Origin: Lingula anatina
Taxonomy: Eukaryota > Animalia > Brachiopoda
Length of the DNA: 64,000 nucleotides
Direction of reading: 5' to 3'
Assembly (NCBI GenBank): GCA_051362555.1
Contig: CM120647.1
Location: forward strand, 7,564,001 to 7,628,000
Shown: positions 13,969 to 27,990 of the stretch, piece after piece
How the letters are laid out: every line of letters starts with the position of its first letter
Position numbering within the stretch: the first letter of the stretch is position 1
Translations under genes and position numbers: made by a program
The notes under the pieces: model-generated
Databases searched by the model: none
What the model saw: only the letters and a program-made list of their open reading frames with translations
Told to the model about the DNA's origin: nothing

Positions 13969-15375
13969 ATGTCCAACGAAAGGGCCCACGTTGAGGATTT
14001 AAACGAAAGCGACGGTATCATGAAGGAGCACGCCAACGCTGCCTTTGATTATAATGAGGAAAAGAAAAGCAATGTCGAAACAGACGATAAGAATGTTGAC
14101 GAAAATCAAAACTGCAGGAGCAATGACAATGATTTTGATTATTCCGAATGCGTCAGTAGAAGCGACAACAGCACTGAGGTGCCGATCGTTAGCACAGTGT
14201 ACGATAAGAATGACGAAAAGGGCAGGCAATATGGCGATGAAATTGACAGCAGAAATACCTTTGACTGTGAAAATTTTGATGACAGCAATTCTGAGTTCAC
14301 GAAGACCACTACGGTCAATAAAATCAAGGATCAAGAAAACGGCTGTAATTTAGATGTCAGTATCGTGCACAAAAGCGTTATTTCCAACTTGTTTACCGAT
14401 TCTCTTAGCAACCTAACCAATAACGACATAAGCAGCGGGGTAACCAGTAACATCATACATGGAATCGTGAACGGTGACGTCAGCGACGACAACAATACCG
14501 TCACCAACAAAAATTATGACGTCATCCCCGAGAAGCGTGACGTTGACAGCAAAGCCCCTGATGGTGGGTGGGGCTGGGTGGTGGTGTTCGCCTCCTTCAT
14601 GACCCATTTTATCGTGGACGGGATTTCGTTCTCCATGGGTGTGTTCTACGTCGTCTCCCTGGATGTCTTTCAAGACACCAAGTCAAATACGTCATGGCTA
14701 GGGTCGATTATGACGTCATCTCTTTGTATGGTAGGTAAGTAGATCGGGAGTCGCACGACTTTTATGACAATATGTTATAATAAGAATAATATATAACCTC
14801 CAAATATTTAGAAAGAGCGACGTGCAGTTCATTGTGAACGCTCCGACATATACTGGTAAAACGGTTGATTTGTTGAAATGTATTTTAGAAACTCATTGGG
14901 GTATTAATTTATCCTTAAGGTTCTAATTCCCTGATCATTGTTTTGCCACATATTCAAGTATCGTGGTCTGAACAATGGCATTTCACAGTGACTTTCTATG
15001 ATGTAGTATTCAGATACCCTGAAAACACTTTATATTTCGTTTTAACGATTAAAACTGATTAAACTATCCCTCTCGTTAAATGTAACATGGTTGACGAGAC
15101 CAATAATGGTAAAAATGTTTTGTTTTAATCGCGCAAAGGAGGGTGATTGGAGCATTTCAAGCTTTCGGGTTGGGAGAGATATTGAACTTTTATCTTTTTA
15201 TTGTTTTTAGCGCTACTGGCCGGTGTTCTTTCGGATACCTTTGGTTTCCGAGTGGTCAGCATTCTTGGCAGTGTCATAGCTACATGTGGGTTTGCATTGA
15301 GTGCATTTGCGCAATCTATACCTGTGTTGTATGTCACCTTAGGTGGAATGGTGGGTAAGTATACATATTATTGGG

Positions 15376-15446
<71 letters not shown>

Positions 15447-18194
15447 ACCCCAATTGAATATACTGTTAAAAAGCGTCTTCAGGAATTACAAATACAAGCC
15501 TTGATATTCAAATTCATTACTTTTTCCCTTCTTAAGTCCTGAATGTATCATTGTAAAAAATTGCCCCAAGTATGGCGTTGAAGCTTTTCTATGTTTTAAC
15601 TGTAATAATATCTCACAATTTTTTACAGAAAGGATGGCTATTCTGATATTTTAAATAGTTTACACATATTAATTAGAGGTCAATATATCTATACATATAT
15701 ATTATCCGCAATATGACTATCAAACGGAAACTTTTGAAGTTAGTAGTCATCTCCAAAGCACTTGTCTAAAATTTATAGTTTTATATTAATATTATGTATA
15801 TTTAAATATTGCCAGTGAATGTCTTATTCAGATTTATTCTATCTGCCTTTCTCAGGAATAGGATTAGGCTTCATGATCTTCCCCAGCGTCGTCTGTGTTC
15901 AACATTACTTCGATAAACGACGTACTCTGGCTATGGGCATATCTGTCGCCGGCTCAGGCATCGGGACTTTTGCCCTGGCGCCGTTTCAACGCTGGCTGGC
16001 TGATCTGGTTGGCTGGAGACACTTAATGATCGTCTTGGCCGGTGTGAGCTTCACTGGGACCTTTTTGGGGATACTGTATAAACCGCCACCAAAACATAAA
16101 ACGGATAGCAGTGTGGAAGTTTTAGGCGATCTCCAAGATACCGAGCTTGGATTGGAGGAAAAGATGCCATCAAAAACCGTAGATATGGTTATGATAAAGG
16201 ACACTGAGTATGAGTGCGACGTGTTTAAGACCACTATGAAGTATGCTCAAGACCTTGATGATGGGACTGTTAAAAGCAAAGACGATCTCAATTCTAAAGA
16301 ACTACAGCTAAATCAATCTCAAATAATTGAAAATGACACAAAAGAACGTGATATTAATCCCAAAACAACCACTGGGGTAAATACAACGCCACCTATCCAC
16401 CATTCTCTGCAGCCTGAAAACAAAGGTAGTTTTACCACGTGCTTTGACAAATGCTGCAGAGACGGCGCTGTCGGGGTCATACACTGGTCGCTGCTGAAAG
16501 AGCCCTCCTTTGTGGTGTGGCTCGTGTGTTTCTTCGGTTGCCAATTTGCAGTCGTGGTTCCATTGACCTTCATGCCGGACAGTGCCATGGAGCGCAACAT
16601 AGGGGGCCCTGAAGCAGCATTTCTGATATCCGTCATAGGGATCGTGAATATTGCAGCACGGCCCATCATAGGGTTTGTTGCCGACCGGAACCACGTACGT
16701 CATCACCGTCTTAAGTTACTGGCTACCGGTGCTTTCATTGGTGGGGTGGCGTTGATTGTGAATCCATTTTGCAAAACGTACGCAACATTGGTTATCGTTG
16801 TTATTCTTATGGGGTTGTCTCAAGGTAATGAGTCTTTTCAACTCCACATGTTATTTCTTTATATTTTCATTCTTTTCTCTTAACTGAAGCTAGTAATCTT
16901 TTGACAGTACTTAGGTCCATGCAAGACTTTCACATGTAAAACGGTGAAACCCGTGTAAGGAAAACAACTCGAACGATTTAATTCAATTCTAATTAGATGA
17001 AAGTGCTTGGTGCATCTTATCAGAAAATTGGGCTAAAAATCTAAATATGTACATATGCTTGTATTTGTGTTTTCACTTACTCGTCTAGTGTTATTCATTT
17101 GCATTTTTGTTTCCATTTCATGTTTTTATTACATTGTTTATTAGTAATTCATTAAATGCATATGGTTGGTTTCCTTTTGCTAAATATTGCGAAACATACC
17201 TTGAGAAGGGCTCATCTCTCGAGCTTAACAACTATCAGATTTTCTTCATTTCTAGGAGCATGCATTTTACTCATGCCAGTCGTGTTGCGCGATCTCTTTG
17301 GACTGGGCAAATTGAACACAAGCATTGGCTTTACATTGGTCATAGTGGGGATATCGACGATGCTAGTTCCGGTTTTAGGTAAATCTGCGAGACAGAGGCT
17401 GAATTCCAAAAAAATTATCTTGTAAATGTCCTTTGTTATTATTTGTTTTATTATTATTATTATTTTATTTTCAAAACTCAGACGTATGTGCCTCGTATGT
17501 GAAATCGCTTTGAGCGAGGCGTTAACTACAAAAGACAAAACGCAGGGGATACCTTTGCCATACGGTGATCATGCGTGAAGTAAACGCAAAATTTACATTT
17601 ACATATGATTATTGATAGTAAGAGATGTATTGAATACGCTAGGAGTTGGTCAGTTTTACATGTACGTTAGTATATGCTATCCGTACACCACGTACATCAA
17701 ACATCCGCAGCGTAGCTGTTACGTACATGTTAAGCGCAATCTCCTTATGCCTTGCGTATGTGGCAAAGTATGGGTACGTACTGCCCAAGCTCTTGTATAT
17801 ATGAAAATTATTGAACATGCTTTTCCTCCTTCTGCGTATATGCGGGTATAATCGATGCGTATAATCGACTTCACATATGGTGCTCCTTTGAATATTTTTT
17901 ACGCTAGCTGTGACAGGGACTTTGGGGGGGGGGGAGTGCGTGGCCAATTATTCCCTCTTCCACGAAACCGACATTGATGTCACCCAACTTTTTTAAATTT
18001 CAGGATGGGTCACCGACGTCACAGGGTCATATGACGTCACATTTTACATTTCCGGAGGGGTTGTGATCACGTGTAGTTTTGCCATGGCAACTATAACACG
18101 TTGTCAAAAGGAAACGATCGATGCCGAGGTGCCATGCTTAGCCAATATACCGGATCTCGATGCAGCGATTGTTACAACAGCCGGAATATTATGA
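13969..18194 (+). CDS. SLC16/monocarboxylate-transporter-family MFS protein, MCT-a, ~730 aa; exons 13969-14734, 15211-15354, 15856-16824, 17256-17378, 18004-18194
   Basis: Family motifs APDGGWGWVVV (before TM1), SDTFGFR, YFDKRRTLAMG and D..GSY near TM12. All introns are GT-AG phase 1 and the exon lengths sum to 2193 nt (in frame). The N-terminus is long, acidic and Asn-rich. Confidence 0.9.
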
Positions 18195-18391
18195 ACAACA
18201 AAACTTTGGGTGAAGAAGTTAATAGCATCCTAAGACATTAAGCGTGTTTTGCGTACGAGGCTTAACTATTTGAAAATTCATATAAATGCTTTGATCAGCA
18301 GACCTGCTGGTCATCAAGCGTCATAGGTAAAAAAAACACGTTAGTTAAATAAGAATCGAGCGATGTGGAGGGGATTGAACCGTTGTTCTTG

Positions 18392-18418
18392 TTGATGATA
18401 ATGATGGTCATGATGACA

Positions 18419-18449
<31 letters not shown>

Positions 18450-18483
18450 CGATGATGATGATGATGATGATGGTGGTGATGAT
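18392..18483. repeat. (ATG)n imperfect microsatellite downstream of the MCT-a stop codon
   Basis: gatgatgatg array, which produces spurious poly-M and poly-H ORFs. Confidence 0.85.
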
Positions 18484-18902
18484 ATATGCACAAATTCCAA
18501 GAAAAAATCCACTTGTCAAGCAATTACAAATGCTGGGATTGCTTAAAACATCTCTAAAATGATAAGAACTGAACTACGTGAATCAATTACGCAGAATAAA
18601 TGTGAGGTTGTGTGCATATAGACCTAAATGATGAAATAGGACTTAAGTGAAAAGTTATACACCTATGTACTTTTTGATTTCCTCATCCTGTAGCAGATTT
18701 TTTTTCCGATCACGGATATGTATATAATGATTAAAGGACGGATGTTTGTATATATGTATACTTCTGTGAAAATTAAAAATTAAATGGGCATCATTTCCAA
18801 ATATGTTTGAGTTTTATTTTTTTATTATAAATTTGTTTTATTTCATTATTATTATTTATTTATTTATTTATTTGTTTATTATTATTTTTTATTTATTTAT
18901 TC

Positions 18903-18964
<62 letters not shown>

Positions 18965-19389
18965 TTTCGGGCAGTCGCGTTATGAAGAAAGTTAATGGTG
19001 AAAAGCTAAATTTGGAATTTCAAGCTCAAAATAAAAATGTTTTCTCTCTCAATGATTTTGGACAGATGTTTATCTCTGTAATAATTTTTTTTTTTTAATT
19101 AATGACTCCCCTTTATCTCTCGCTTTAGGACTTTTACTCACGTTGTATGCCTTTAGGTAACGACTTGTTGTACCCTAAGAAACACTATATGTTGGCAGAT
19201 TTATCGTCCACGGTCTACTTGTTACTTCTGAAATGCAACTTAGATTTCTAAAACGCGGATGTGGCATATTATGTTCAAGTCTGTTATGCAAGCTGCATCA
19301 TAAAACTTTATGTAATATGACTGTTATTTTATTCATCTAAATCTCAGTTCCGTTTTTAGAAGAGCATTTTCATTCCTTCGAGTTTAGTT

Positions 19390-19860
19390 AATAATAATAA
19401 TAATAATAATAATGTATTCATTTATGGCGCATTCCATTAAAAATCTCAATGCGCCTTACAACATTCACTTAAAAGAGCTAAATATCACAATACTAGAATA
19501 AGAACACATTACAATTGTAAAGGACTGAGAACTAATTTAAAGAACCAATTATTTCATATTCTAAAATGATAAGAAACTAAAGTGACAACATTTTAAATTA
19601 ATCATGAAATTACAGTACACCTTATTAAAAACTAAAAATTAACTATATGATAGTAACTGATAGGCTATTCTAAAAATATGAGCCTTCAAAAGCTTTTTAA
19701 AAGTATCTATGTCACCTGCTGCTCGTATTTCAGAGGGTAAGGTGTTCCAAACTTTGGGTGCATATATCATAAATGCCCTTTCACCGTAAAATTTACCAGC
19801 TTTTTTCTCTAAGACACTGTGTTCTAAAAGTAAATGACTAAAAGTTGAGGACCTGGTAAC
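19390..19860 (-). mobile_element. 3' end of an L2/CR1-group LINE (5'-truncated)
   Basis: Minus-strand peptide YGERAFMIYAPKVWNTLP...FKKLLKAHIF resembles the conserved C-terminus of L2-group ORF2. It is followed by a 3' stem-loop (GCGCAT...ATGCGC) and an (ATT)n tail. Confidence 0.75.
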
Positions 19861-20754
19861 TCTTCCATGCAAGTTTTGATTTGCTTGGTTAATTTTTGAA
19901 CCCTTAATATTTTGTGGAAAACATATGTTGGTTTTTAATCCCAATTTGAACGTGATTAATGATGATATAATTAAAATTCATGAAATGACAACACTTTCTT
20001 TTTACCTCAATTCTTGACCAAGGGCGCATGAAGACATGCAATCCACATATTGGAATGGCCATATGGCCAGTTAAGCACGGACTCGGGCTGTATAAAAATC
20101 AGGCTAGCAGGTTATACGCTTTCTCCTGGCGTTTAGCAGAATACAAATAATCCTTGTACGAGTGCATCAGAAACAAGAGTAGGTGCGTCATACAGTTAAC
20201 CTGAATGCATGCACTCTTGGAGAGTTAGATCGATCTATGTAGAACTATGGTTATATTGAGAATGTGCCCTAACCTTGTGTCTCCACTTACATGTATGAGC
20301 CTTATTTGGGCGGCCTTTGGCGACTGCTGGTCGACCTAAAATACTTGGATATATTCTGGTTCTATGTTTATATTTTTCAGTTCTAACTCAGTAAGACAAT
20401 TAAACGCATCTCCAAATAATAAATGTACCTCAATTAGTAATGGATTTATTATTATTTTTTTCTTTTTTCATTTGCAAACTGCAGTATCTGCATGTACTGA
20501 TAAGGAGTCGGATGGTCACTGTTGTCCTTATAAGAAGGATGGGCAGGCCCCGAAGAAATGTTGTATTTTGTTCCTGTGTTGAGGTAGCTAGTTGGCCATT
20601 TATGAAGCAGCAGACATGGCATATTTAGTTAAACATACTGTAAGCATTTTATTTTTATCAGTTTACATAACGAGGTGTGTAGGCTTGTAATGTCAAGTTA
20701 ATTTGAGTCCTAGAGCAAGTTGTCATTTGTCAGTTATTTTCCGTCACAGGATTA

Positions 20755-21289
20755 CGAGGGTTGATTGATAAGTAGTGAGCCTCGCGTGGAAGGGATTAAG
20801 CAGGGATATCCCTTTTCAGCCCTTCTATTCCCTGACTATTTTAAGGTGTGTAGCCGAAGTTTGGTGTCATTTGGTTAGTTTATGTCGACGAGGTAGCACT
20901 CTCAAATGAGCAAGGCAAGTGACTTTTGCAACATGCCCGTGCTCACAAATCTGTCATTGCCATGGCTGCAATCAACGAGTGTGGCTTTGAACTGATAGAA
21001 CATCCACCTTATTCGCCTGATCTTGCTCCCTCTGACTATTATCTATTTTCCAAATTGAAAAAGACCATTTCAGGTACTCACTTTGTGTCAGATGATGACG
21101 TCATACGTGAATTGGAGGGGTCTCTGAACAGCCAAGAGAAGGGCTTCTATAAAAGTGGCAAAGAGGCTCTCAAAACTAGCTGGCAAAGTGTATAGATACT
21201 CAAGGAGACTATGTTGAAAAATAAAGAAAAATACTTGTAAAATGTGTACCCCTTCTATATGAGGCTCACTACTTATCAATCAACCCTCG
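20755..21289 (+). mobile_element. Internally deleted mariner (DD34D) element
   Basis: Perfect 29-bp TIRs CGAGGGTTGATTGATAAGTAGTGAGCCTC with TA TSDs. It retains the transposase C-terminus HARAH...EHPPYSPDLAPSDYYLF. Confidence 0.9.
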
Positions 21290-21449
21290 TAAGTATGGTC
21301 GTCAATGTTTTCAGCTGTTATCAGTGATCTCACTAGAGCGAATTTCAACCCAACTTATTTCACTATATAATTACACGCACGTGAGCGCATGCATACCCTC
21401 ACACACATTACACAAATACGCGCATATGCATTCGCGCCTTCTCTCACTC

Positions 21450-21525
21450 CCTCGTATTCCTTATTCTTTTTCTCTCTCTAACACAAACACACAAATCCAT
21501 TCTCTTTCTCTCTTCCTCCCTCTCG

Positions 21526-21572
<47 letters not shown>

Positions 21573-21620
21573 CTCTTGCACACGCACGAGCGCGCGGGCG
21601 CACACACACACGCATATCGA

Positions 21621-21658
<38 letters not shown>

Positions 21659-21680
21659 TACACACACGCACACACACACA
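21450..21680. repeat. Compound (CT)n/(CA)n microsatellite
   Basis: Read directly from the sequence. Confidence 0.85.
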
Positions 21681-21743
21681 GAAAGAAAAGAAAGGAAAGA
21701 AGATACTGTATAGTAAGAAGCTACAAGAGGCAATAATTGGCCT

Positions 21744-22819
21744 TATATGCTGTAAAATGTGTTACTTTACTCCCATTAGTTTACTTCAAAACGTGGCATG
21801 CATTAGCTTTTGACCGTGTACTAGAAATTGATGTCCAGCTCTTTTCTAAATTGTGCGGTAAATTGAATGTACTTTTACTAGAATAACATCATTTTAAATG
21901 ATTAACCACGAATTATCTTATTTCGTTTCCCGAACAAACCAGCTGCTGTGTTATTTAAGGTATCATATCCGGCAATTTCCTGTCAAATAGCCTTTCCAAA
22001 AAAAAAATGAAAATAAAAATAAAAATAGCCGTTCCTCCTACTCGGTCGACCTGTCTAGTCAGCTGGGTTCGATGCTTTACACCGTTTCTGATTACATAAT
22101 ATAATTAGTTCTAAATGACTGGCTAGTGACTTAATTGGGCTGCAATGTCCATCTGTGTATTCCAGAAGAAAACACGAACGACATCGGTTGTTTTTATGTG
22201 AGGGGTTCTTTCGTTTTTTTTTTTAATTATTATTGGGAAAGATGAGCAACTGCCTTATCTGCATACACAGGAAATACGACTTTGGAACATTTCAAACTAA
22301 CATGGTGTACCTTTAATGGATAAGATGTTATTGCCAAACGGCCTTGACAGCTCAATTAACCACACTGTAATATAATGGAATAATATATGCTGTAAAATGT
22401 GTTATTTTACTCCCATTAGTTTACTTCAAAACGTGGCATGCATTAGCTTTTGACCGTGAACTAGAAATTGGTACCTAGCTCTTTTCAAAATTGTGCAGTA
22501 AATTGAATGTACTTTTACTAGAATAACATCATTTTATATGATTAGCCACGAATCATCTTTATTCCGTTTCCCGGACAAACCAGCCGCTGTGTAATTTAAG
22601 GTATCATATCCGGCAATTTCCTGTCAAATCGCTTTTTCCTAAAACAAAATAAGTAAATAAATAAAAATAAAAATAGCCGTTTCTCCTACGCGGTCAATCT
22701 GTCCCTGATTACATAATGTAATTAGTTCTGAATGACTGGCTTGAAAGGACTGCAATGTCCATCTGTGCACTCCAGAAGAAAACACGACACCGGTTGTTTT
22801 TATGTGAGGGGTTCTTTCG

Positions 22820-22874
<55 letters not shown>

Positions 22875-23021
22875 GTATTGATGAGCAGCTGCCTTATCTG
22901 CATACACAGGAAATACGACTTTGGAACATTTCAAACTAACATGGTGTACCTTTAATGGATAAGATATTATTGCCAAACGGCCTTGACAGCTCAATTAACC
23001 TCACTGTAATATAGTGGAATA
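21744..23021 (+). repeat. Head-to-tail tandem duplication of a ~640-bp non-coding unit
   Basis: Units start TATATGCTGTAAAATGTGTTA at ~21744 and ~22384 and end CAGCTCAATTAACC.CACTGTAATA. They appear ~90% identical by eye, with indels. Confidence 0.85.
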
Positions 23022-23365
23022 GTACGATATTCCTTTATTCATGATGATGGACTTGTACGTCTGTGACGTTTTGTACTTTATTTTTGTTGACGAACATTTT
23101 GCATTATTCATATTCAATGCAAGAAAAATATTTTCTTTTTTTTTTTTTTTTTTAATATACCGCTGTCGGTTCCATTTTTTGTTGGAAGGGAAATACAACC
23201 TTCATCTTTTTAACATTTATTATTCACAACATTCTTTTGAAAAAAATCAAACAAACAAGCAAACATCTTTTGGATTTCACGACTTTTATTTTCATTATCG
23301 TGAATCACATCTCAAAACTTCGGGATTCATTACGCGTCATGCTTAATGCCAGCAGGCAGAAATCA

Positions 23366-23930
23366 CTACTTAGGACAGTCTGCGCTGGAGCCGCAAATCC
23401 AGTTTGCCTTGTCCACGAGCAGTGGGGCACCTGGTGGACAGACACACTCACGCCAGCATATCCGGAAGCAGGCCGGATGCCCGGGATTTTTGCAAGTGCG
23501 GGCGCATGCCAAATCGCAATCGCTTGTGGTTTTGACTAAATTCCCTGGGCATTCTGGAAAGGAGAGTAATGGAATGGAATGTAATCCGAACACACTGGAT
23601 TAAATGGGGAAGAGGGGTTAATTGAGTTCTTGTGATGAAAAAAAAATAAAGATGCGTTTTAAAAGGAATGGGGATTAATAACGACCAGATATTCTGCCAC
23701 AAAAACAGTAACTTGGGGTTGAAATCTATAAAGGCAAAACAAAAAACGTTTTACGCTGAAATATAACGTGCAGCAATTGCTAACCGTGTTATATATATGA
23801 ACCCATTTTTTATTTCATAAAACAAGTTATTTTAGATTTTACCTCCATTTTCCGATATAGGAAAGATGATGAAATTGGCATTGGCGACGACAGCCACGAC
23901 CAGCAGCATGAAAACTGTATACATCTGCAT
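23366..23930 (-). CDS. Secreted TIL-domain peptide, TIL-3, 91 aa, exons 23930-23843 and 23553-23366
   Basis: Spliced product MQMYTVFMLLVVAVVANANFIIFPISENG|ECPGNLVKTTSDCDLACARTCKNPGHPACFRICWRECVCPPGAPLLVDKANWICGSSADCPK*. It has a signal peptide, 10 Cys and the same phase-1 intron as TIL-1 and TIL-2. Confidence 0.9.
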
Positions 23931-24694
23931 CCTGATGGAAAACAATAGCATGTGAGTGTTGGTTCACTAAGTAACTGACTTTTATGCCGTTATTTTCATC
24001 GTGAACATAGTATTCTACGAGTTTTCCTTTTATCGCATGATTTGATTGATTCCTTAAACATTATGCTAATAGAAAATGTAACTAAGTCTGAAATATAATC
24101 AATTTCATTTATAAGGCATTTCTTTGTATGTAATCATAAATGTACGGTATAACCATATAAGCTGATGTTAATCTTTATCTTTGGGGAAACAGAAAATGCC
24201 TTAATAAAATGCGAGGATAATAGATGTGGTTATGATATTTAGAGATTATATGAAAGAAAGTACACTAGTACATTATATAAAGCAATATTGTAGAAAATGA
24301 GAAAACTTCAAAGTAACTCTAACCTTCATTTACTCTAATTTGAAGGCATATTTAAGTAATATATAATGTACATTTCAGTATTCTACAATGTATAGGGGTA
24401 TATAAATTATCTAACTGTTAAACTGTAATAGTTGTTTTTCTTGTAAATATATTTTTCTAATAATTAGATTTTAAAGAAATTTCGTATTTAGTTTAAAATA
24501 AATATATATTTAAGAAAAATAAGGAAATGCATAATCGATGTTATTAAAATTAAAAAAAAAAAGCTTGCAAATCCTGCCATGTACATTGTTTTAGAGAAAC
24601 TTCCGTATTCGTCATCCTATTTGGAGGATGAGAGTCTAAATGTTGTAATACATCCTTTACATATCTTTGTTTGACAGTTTAAAAGATGAATTAC

Positions 24695-24782
24695 CTTTAA
24701 ATCAACTGTGAATCCTCCCTGTAGCAGCAATGTCTTCTAAAGGCAGCTTCTGTATTTTGATCAGCGCACTGACCTTTATATA
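24695..24782 (-). promoter_or_regulatory. TATA box and 5' non-coding exon of TIL-3
   Basis: Minus-strand TATATAAAG at 24782-24774, donor TTTAAAG|gtaatt at 24695/24694, and acceptor ttccatcag|G immediately before the ATG at 23930. Confidence 0.55.
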
Positions 24783-27179
24783 CATTTACCGTAAACAGCA
24801 TTTTTAAATAGCCGGAGACATCCCATTACTGGCTTCAAAAGTGCATTATGTACTCTTCTGCCCAAAATTATTCCATTAAGTTAAGGGGTATCCCATTTCG
24901 TTTTCACATCCTATGTAATTGACGTAGTGTAATTGACAAAAAATAATTGGTTGTTTTATTGGCAACAATTTCCTCGACAACTCACGTGTCTGTCAAAAAA
25001 TTGTCATAGACTGGGTTCCCATGCCTAGATCGATCCAACAGGACCGATCCATCTCCAAGGGGCTTCTCGCTAAATGTCTTTCAGCTTAATTTAAGCGGCT
25101 TAAATGTCTGGCACGCGTACTGAAGCTGCTAAACGATAAGTAATTACTCCCTAGCCGCCTCGGTAGGCGTGGCAGATATCTAAGCCGCTTAAATTGAGAG
25201 TTATTAGCGAGAATCCCCTAGGAGATAGAACGATCCACAGGTAGTGCTACAGGGTCTGGGAATGGTCACATAGGCACAATAATTGAAATTATAATTATAA
25301 AAACACTCAGAGAGCATATGCCTCAGACAAATACCAGACAAATAAGTAAATAATAGTTAACTGATAATTAATTAATTAACCACCAAAGTCCGGTCATTTT
25401 TTAAAGTTATATTATTCTTTTTCCGACCTACTGGTATCCTAAAATTTGACCAAAATTCATACATAACTCTTTGACTTTGGCTGCTAATGAACTAGCAAGA
25501 AGACAGACAATTAAACAGAGATGAAAATATAACCTCCTTGGCGGAAGTAATAGCAGGGTCTTAGACTCGGTTCCCTTAACCCTATCGTACTAGCAGGATC
25601 GATCTTACTCTGAGGGGATTCTCGTCTTAAATGTGTCACGCCACTGAAGCTTCTAAAGGGTATTTAACTATCGTTCATGCATTAAATAACTAAATGCAAT
25701 TTAGCGAGAAACTCCAGAACTCGCTGGGAGGACAACTGCCCACAGTAACGCCAGCCTCCGGCCCTGCAATAATAATGATGATAATTATTATTTTTTATTT
25801 TATTTTATTATTATTATTATTTTATTATTATTTTTTTAATATGATATATTGAGCTGTACCCCGGTAAATGTTAAATAAGACACATTTGTAAGCTTCCTGC
25901 ACTGGGCTTAATATAAACACAGATACAAAAACATAATATAGTGTATTTTATATCCGGTATACCCACCATTCTAACATATGCCTAGCGCGTATAGTAGATC
26001 AATATAGCACCTGTTTGTTGTCCATTAGCAGCGATAAGAGCCCCACATTGACGTTGTAGCCACGAGGTCAGTAAGTGACCCGGTGGCCTGAGCACAACAT
26101 GTTACGTTAGATAAAAACATGTTTACTGTGCATGCAGGTAACTCCAGGTAGGTCAAATCATGTCACTTATAACTTTCCACTTACTCCTTGCTTTAATCGC
26201 AACTGTGCGTGTCCGATTCAGTGCATTAAGGCTGTCGTACGTAACAACGCAGAAAAAAAGTAAGTGTTTCTTTTTTTTCTCTTCTTCGTCTCTTTTATTC
26301 GTTTATAGTCTGAAATCATAGTATATGCCTGTATTACATCACAGTTATAACAGTAAACAGATTGCGTGTTTACCTTAAGGGCTAAATCCGACGACATATT
26401 TAATCTGTTAAGGCCGTTAATGAAGGGAGGGGAGGGGTGAAGGGAAACGCCTGCTCTCTACCTCCTACACACACACACACACACACTTCGGCTTGATACA
26501 AATACATAGACACAGTATCTATCAGTATTTCATTCATCTTTTTTTCCCGAACAAAGGGACTCTTCTGGAATGTGTGGGGAGAAAAACAAGTTTTGTTTAT
26601 TATGAACGTGCGTGCCCTCTGTGTTATGTGCACAAGCGACTGTTTTGATATACGCAGTAAACGTTCTCGCGTCAAATGTTTCCATTGTGGGACCTAGAAT
26701 TTCCCCACGAACATTTCTTAAAGGGCATCCTATAGGGCATTGTCGGGTTCTACGTGACTCATACAGGCTGATGCCGATGGAAACGAGGCCTAACTTGTTT
26801 ACACACACGTGATGCAGTCAAGCACGTGATGGAACGTGAGGGGGTCGGAAGAATAGCCTTAAGTCTTACTGCGCCTGATTGTCTAGGAGGAGATATAATT
26901 TGTAATATTTTATTGACTGAGACAACAATCTCGAGAAGTCTTACGTTTGATTGAAACTTTGTTTTCGTGTAGATAATTTAATTCGGTAGTCATATATTCG
27001 ATGTGTGTAGGTGATACATTTTATACATGTACATACACATGTATATAAAACACATGCATCTCGTCACCAAATTGTCAAATTGTCAAATAAGTGGGTCGGT
27101 CATATTTGATCCGCGATTCTGTAAGTCTGCGGATCGACTTTGGTTGTGAATGCGGCCATAGTGGGCGACATATATGGCT

Positions 27180-27990
27180 CTATAACTCGAAAGCATCGCA
27201 AATAGCGACCGCACGCAAGCACAGCGATCAATCGCTATTTGCGATGGCGACTGCACCCACCTGCTTACTCGAAGCTTAAGCAACGCAGCGCAATTATAGC
27301 CTCAATCGCTACTAAAATTTGATTGCCGCATAAAGTGAAGACGTCATAACTAATAGCTAATCAAGAGTTTGTTTTTATTTAAAGGAATATCACAATTAGA
27401 AATGATGATATTTGAACAAGGCCTATTTGCCACCAATAGAATGTCAAACACAATTCAATAAGCGAAGCACACGTGTTTGGACTGACACAATTACTGATCA
27501 TTGGTGAGTAGTGTTCAGTCTCACAATAACAGTCACCGCATGATCGAATGCTTTGTTTCTGTTTTTTTTTCCTTTTGTGTAGAAAATAAAACTTTTTAAC
27601 TTAGGCTTATTATTAATATACTACACAGATGAACTATATTAATCAGAAAAAATATAAAATGATGTATGAAATGTTAAATTTTGAATTTTGTTATGCATAA
27701 TTAAACATGACTTTAGCGTTCTTCATGTGAAAATTTACTGCATTTTTATATCAGAGGTACCGAGTGACTCAATCTTTTATAAGCTTTCGTGCTTTGTGAT
27801 ATGCCATTATGACAAGCAACTCAAACTTGCCGTCATGTTTAATTACATGAACGTCACTATAAAACGACGAATTATGCATGCGCGAAGACCACTGCGACGG
27901 GATTTACTCTTCGCAAATAATAGCCTCGTAACTAAAGGTGGTATCGCTTTAAGGGCTCGGTCGCGATTTGTGATGCTTTCGAGTTATGGA
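27180..27990. mobile_element. Degenerate TIR element upstream of MCT-b
   Basis: Inverted copies of ATAACTCGAAAGCATC.CAAAT.GCGACCG at ~27182-27211 and ~27958-27988. Confidence 0.45.

Noticed and set aside
18295-18562. Poly-His, poly-Met and poly-Ile ORFs
   Set aside because: They are translations of an (ATG)n microsatellite, with no splice or domain support.
21324-21733. ORFs rich in SL, HT and RE repeats
   Set aside because: They derive from a (CT)n/(CA)n microsatellite.
26379-26858. TTAA-flanked segment with two CACGTG motifs, a possible MCT-b promoter or Kolobok-like element
   Set aside because: The TIRs are too imperfect and there is no independent evidence to decide between the options.
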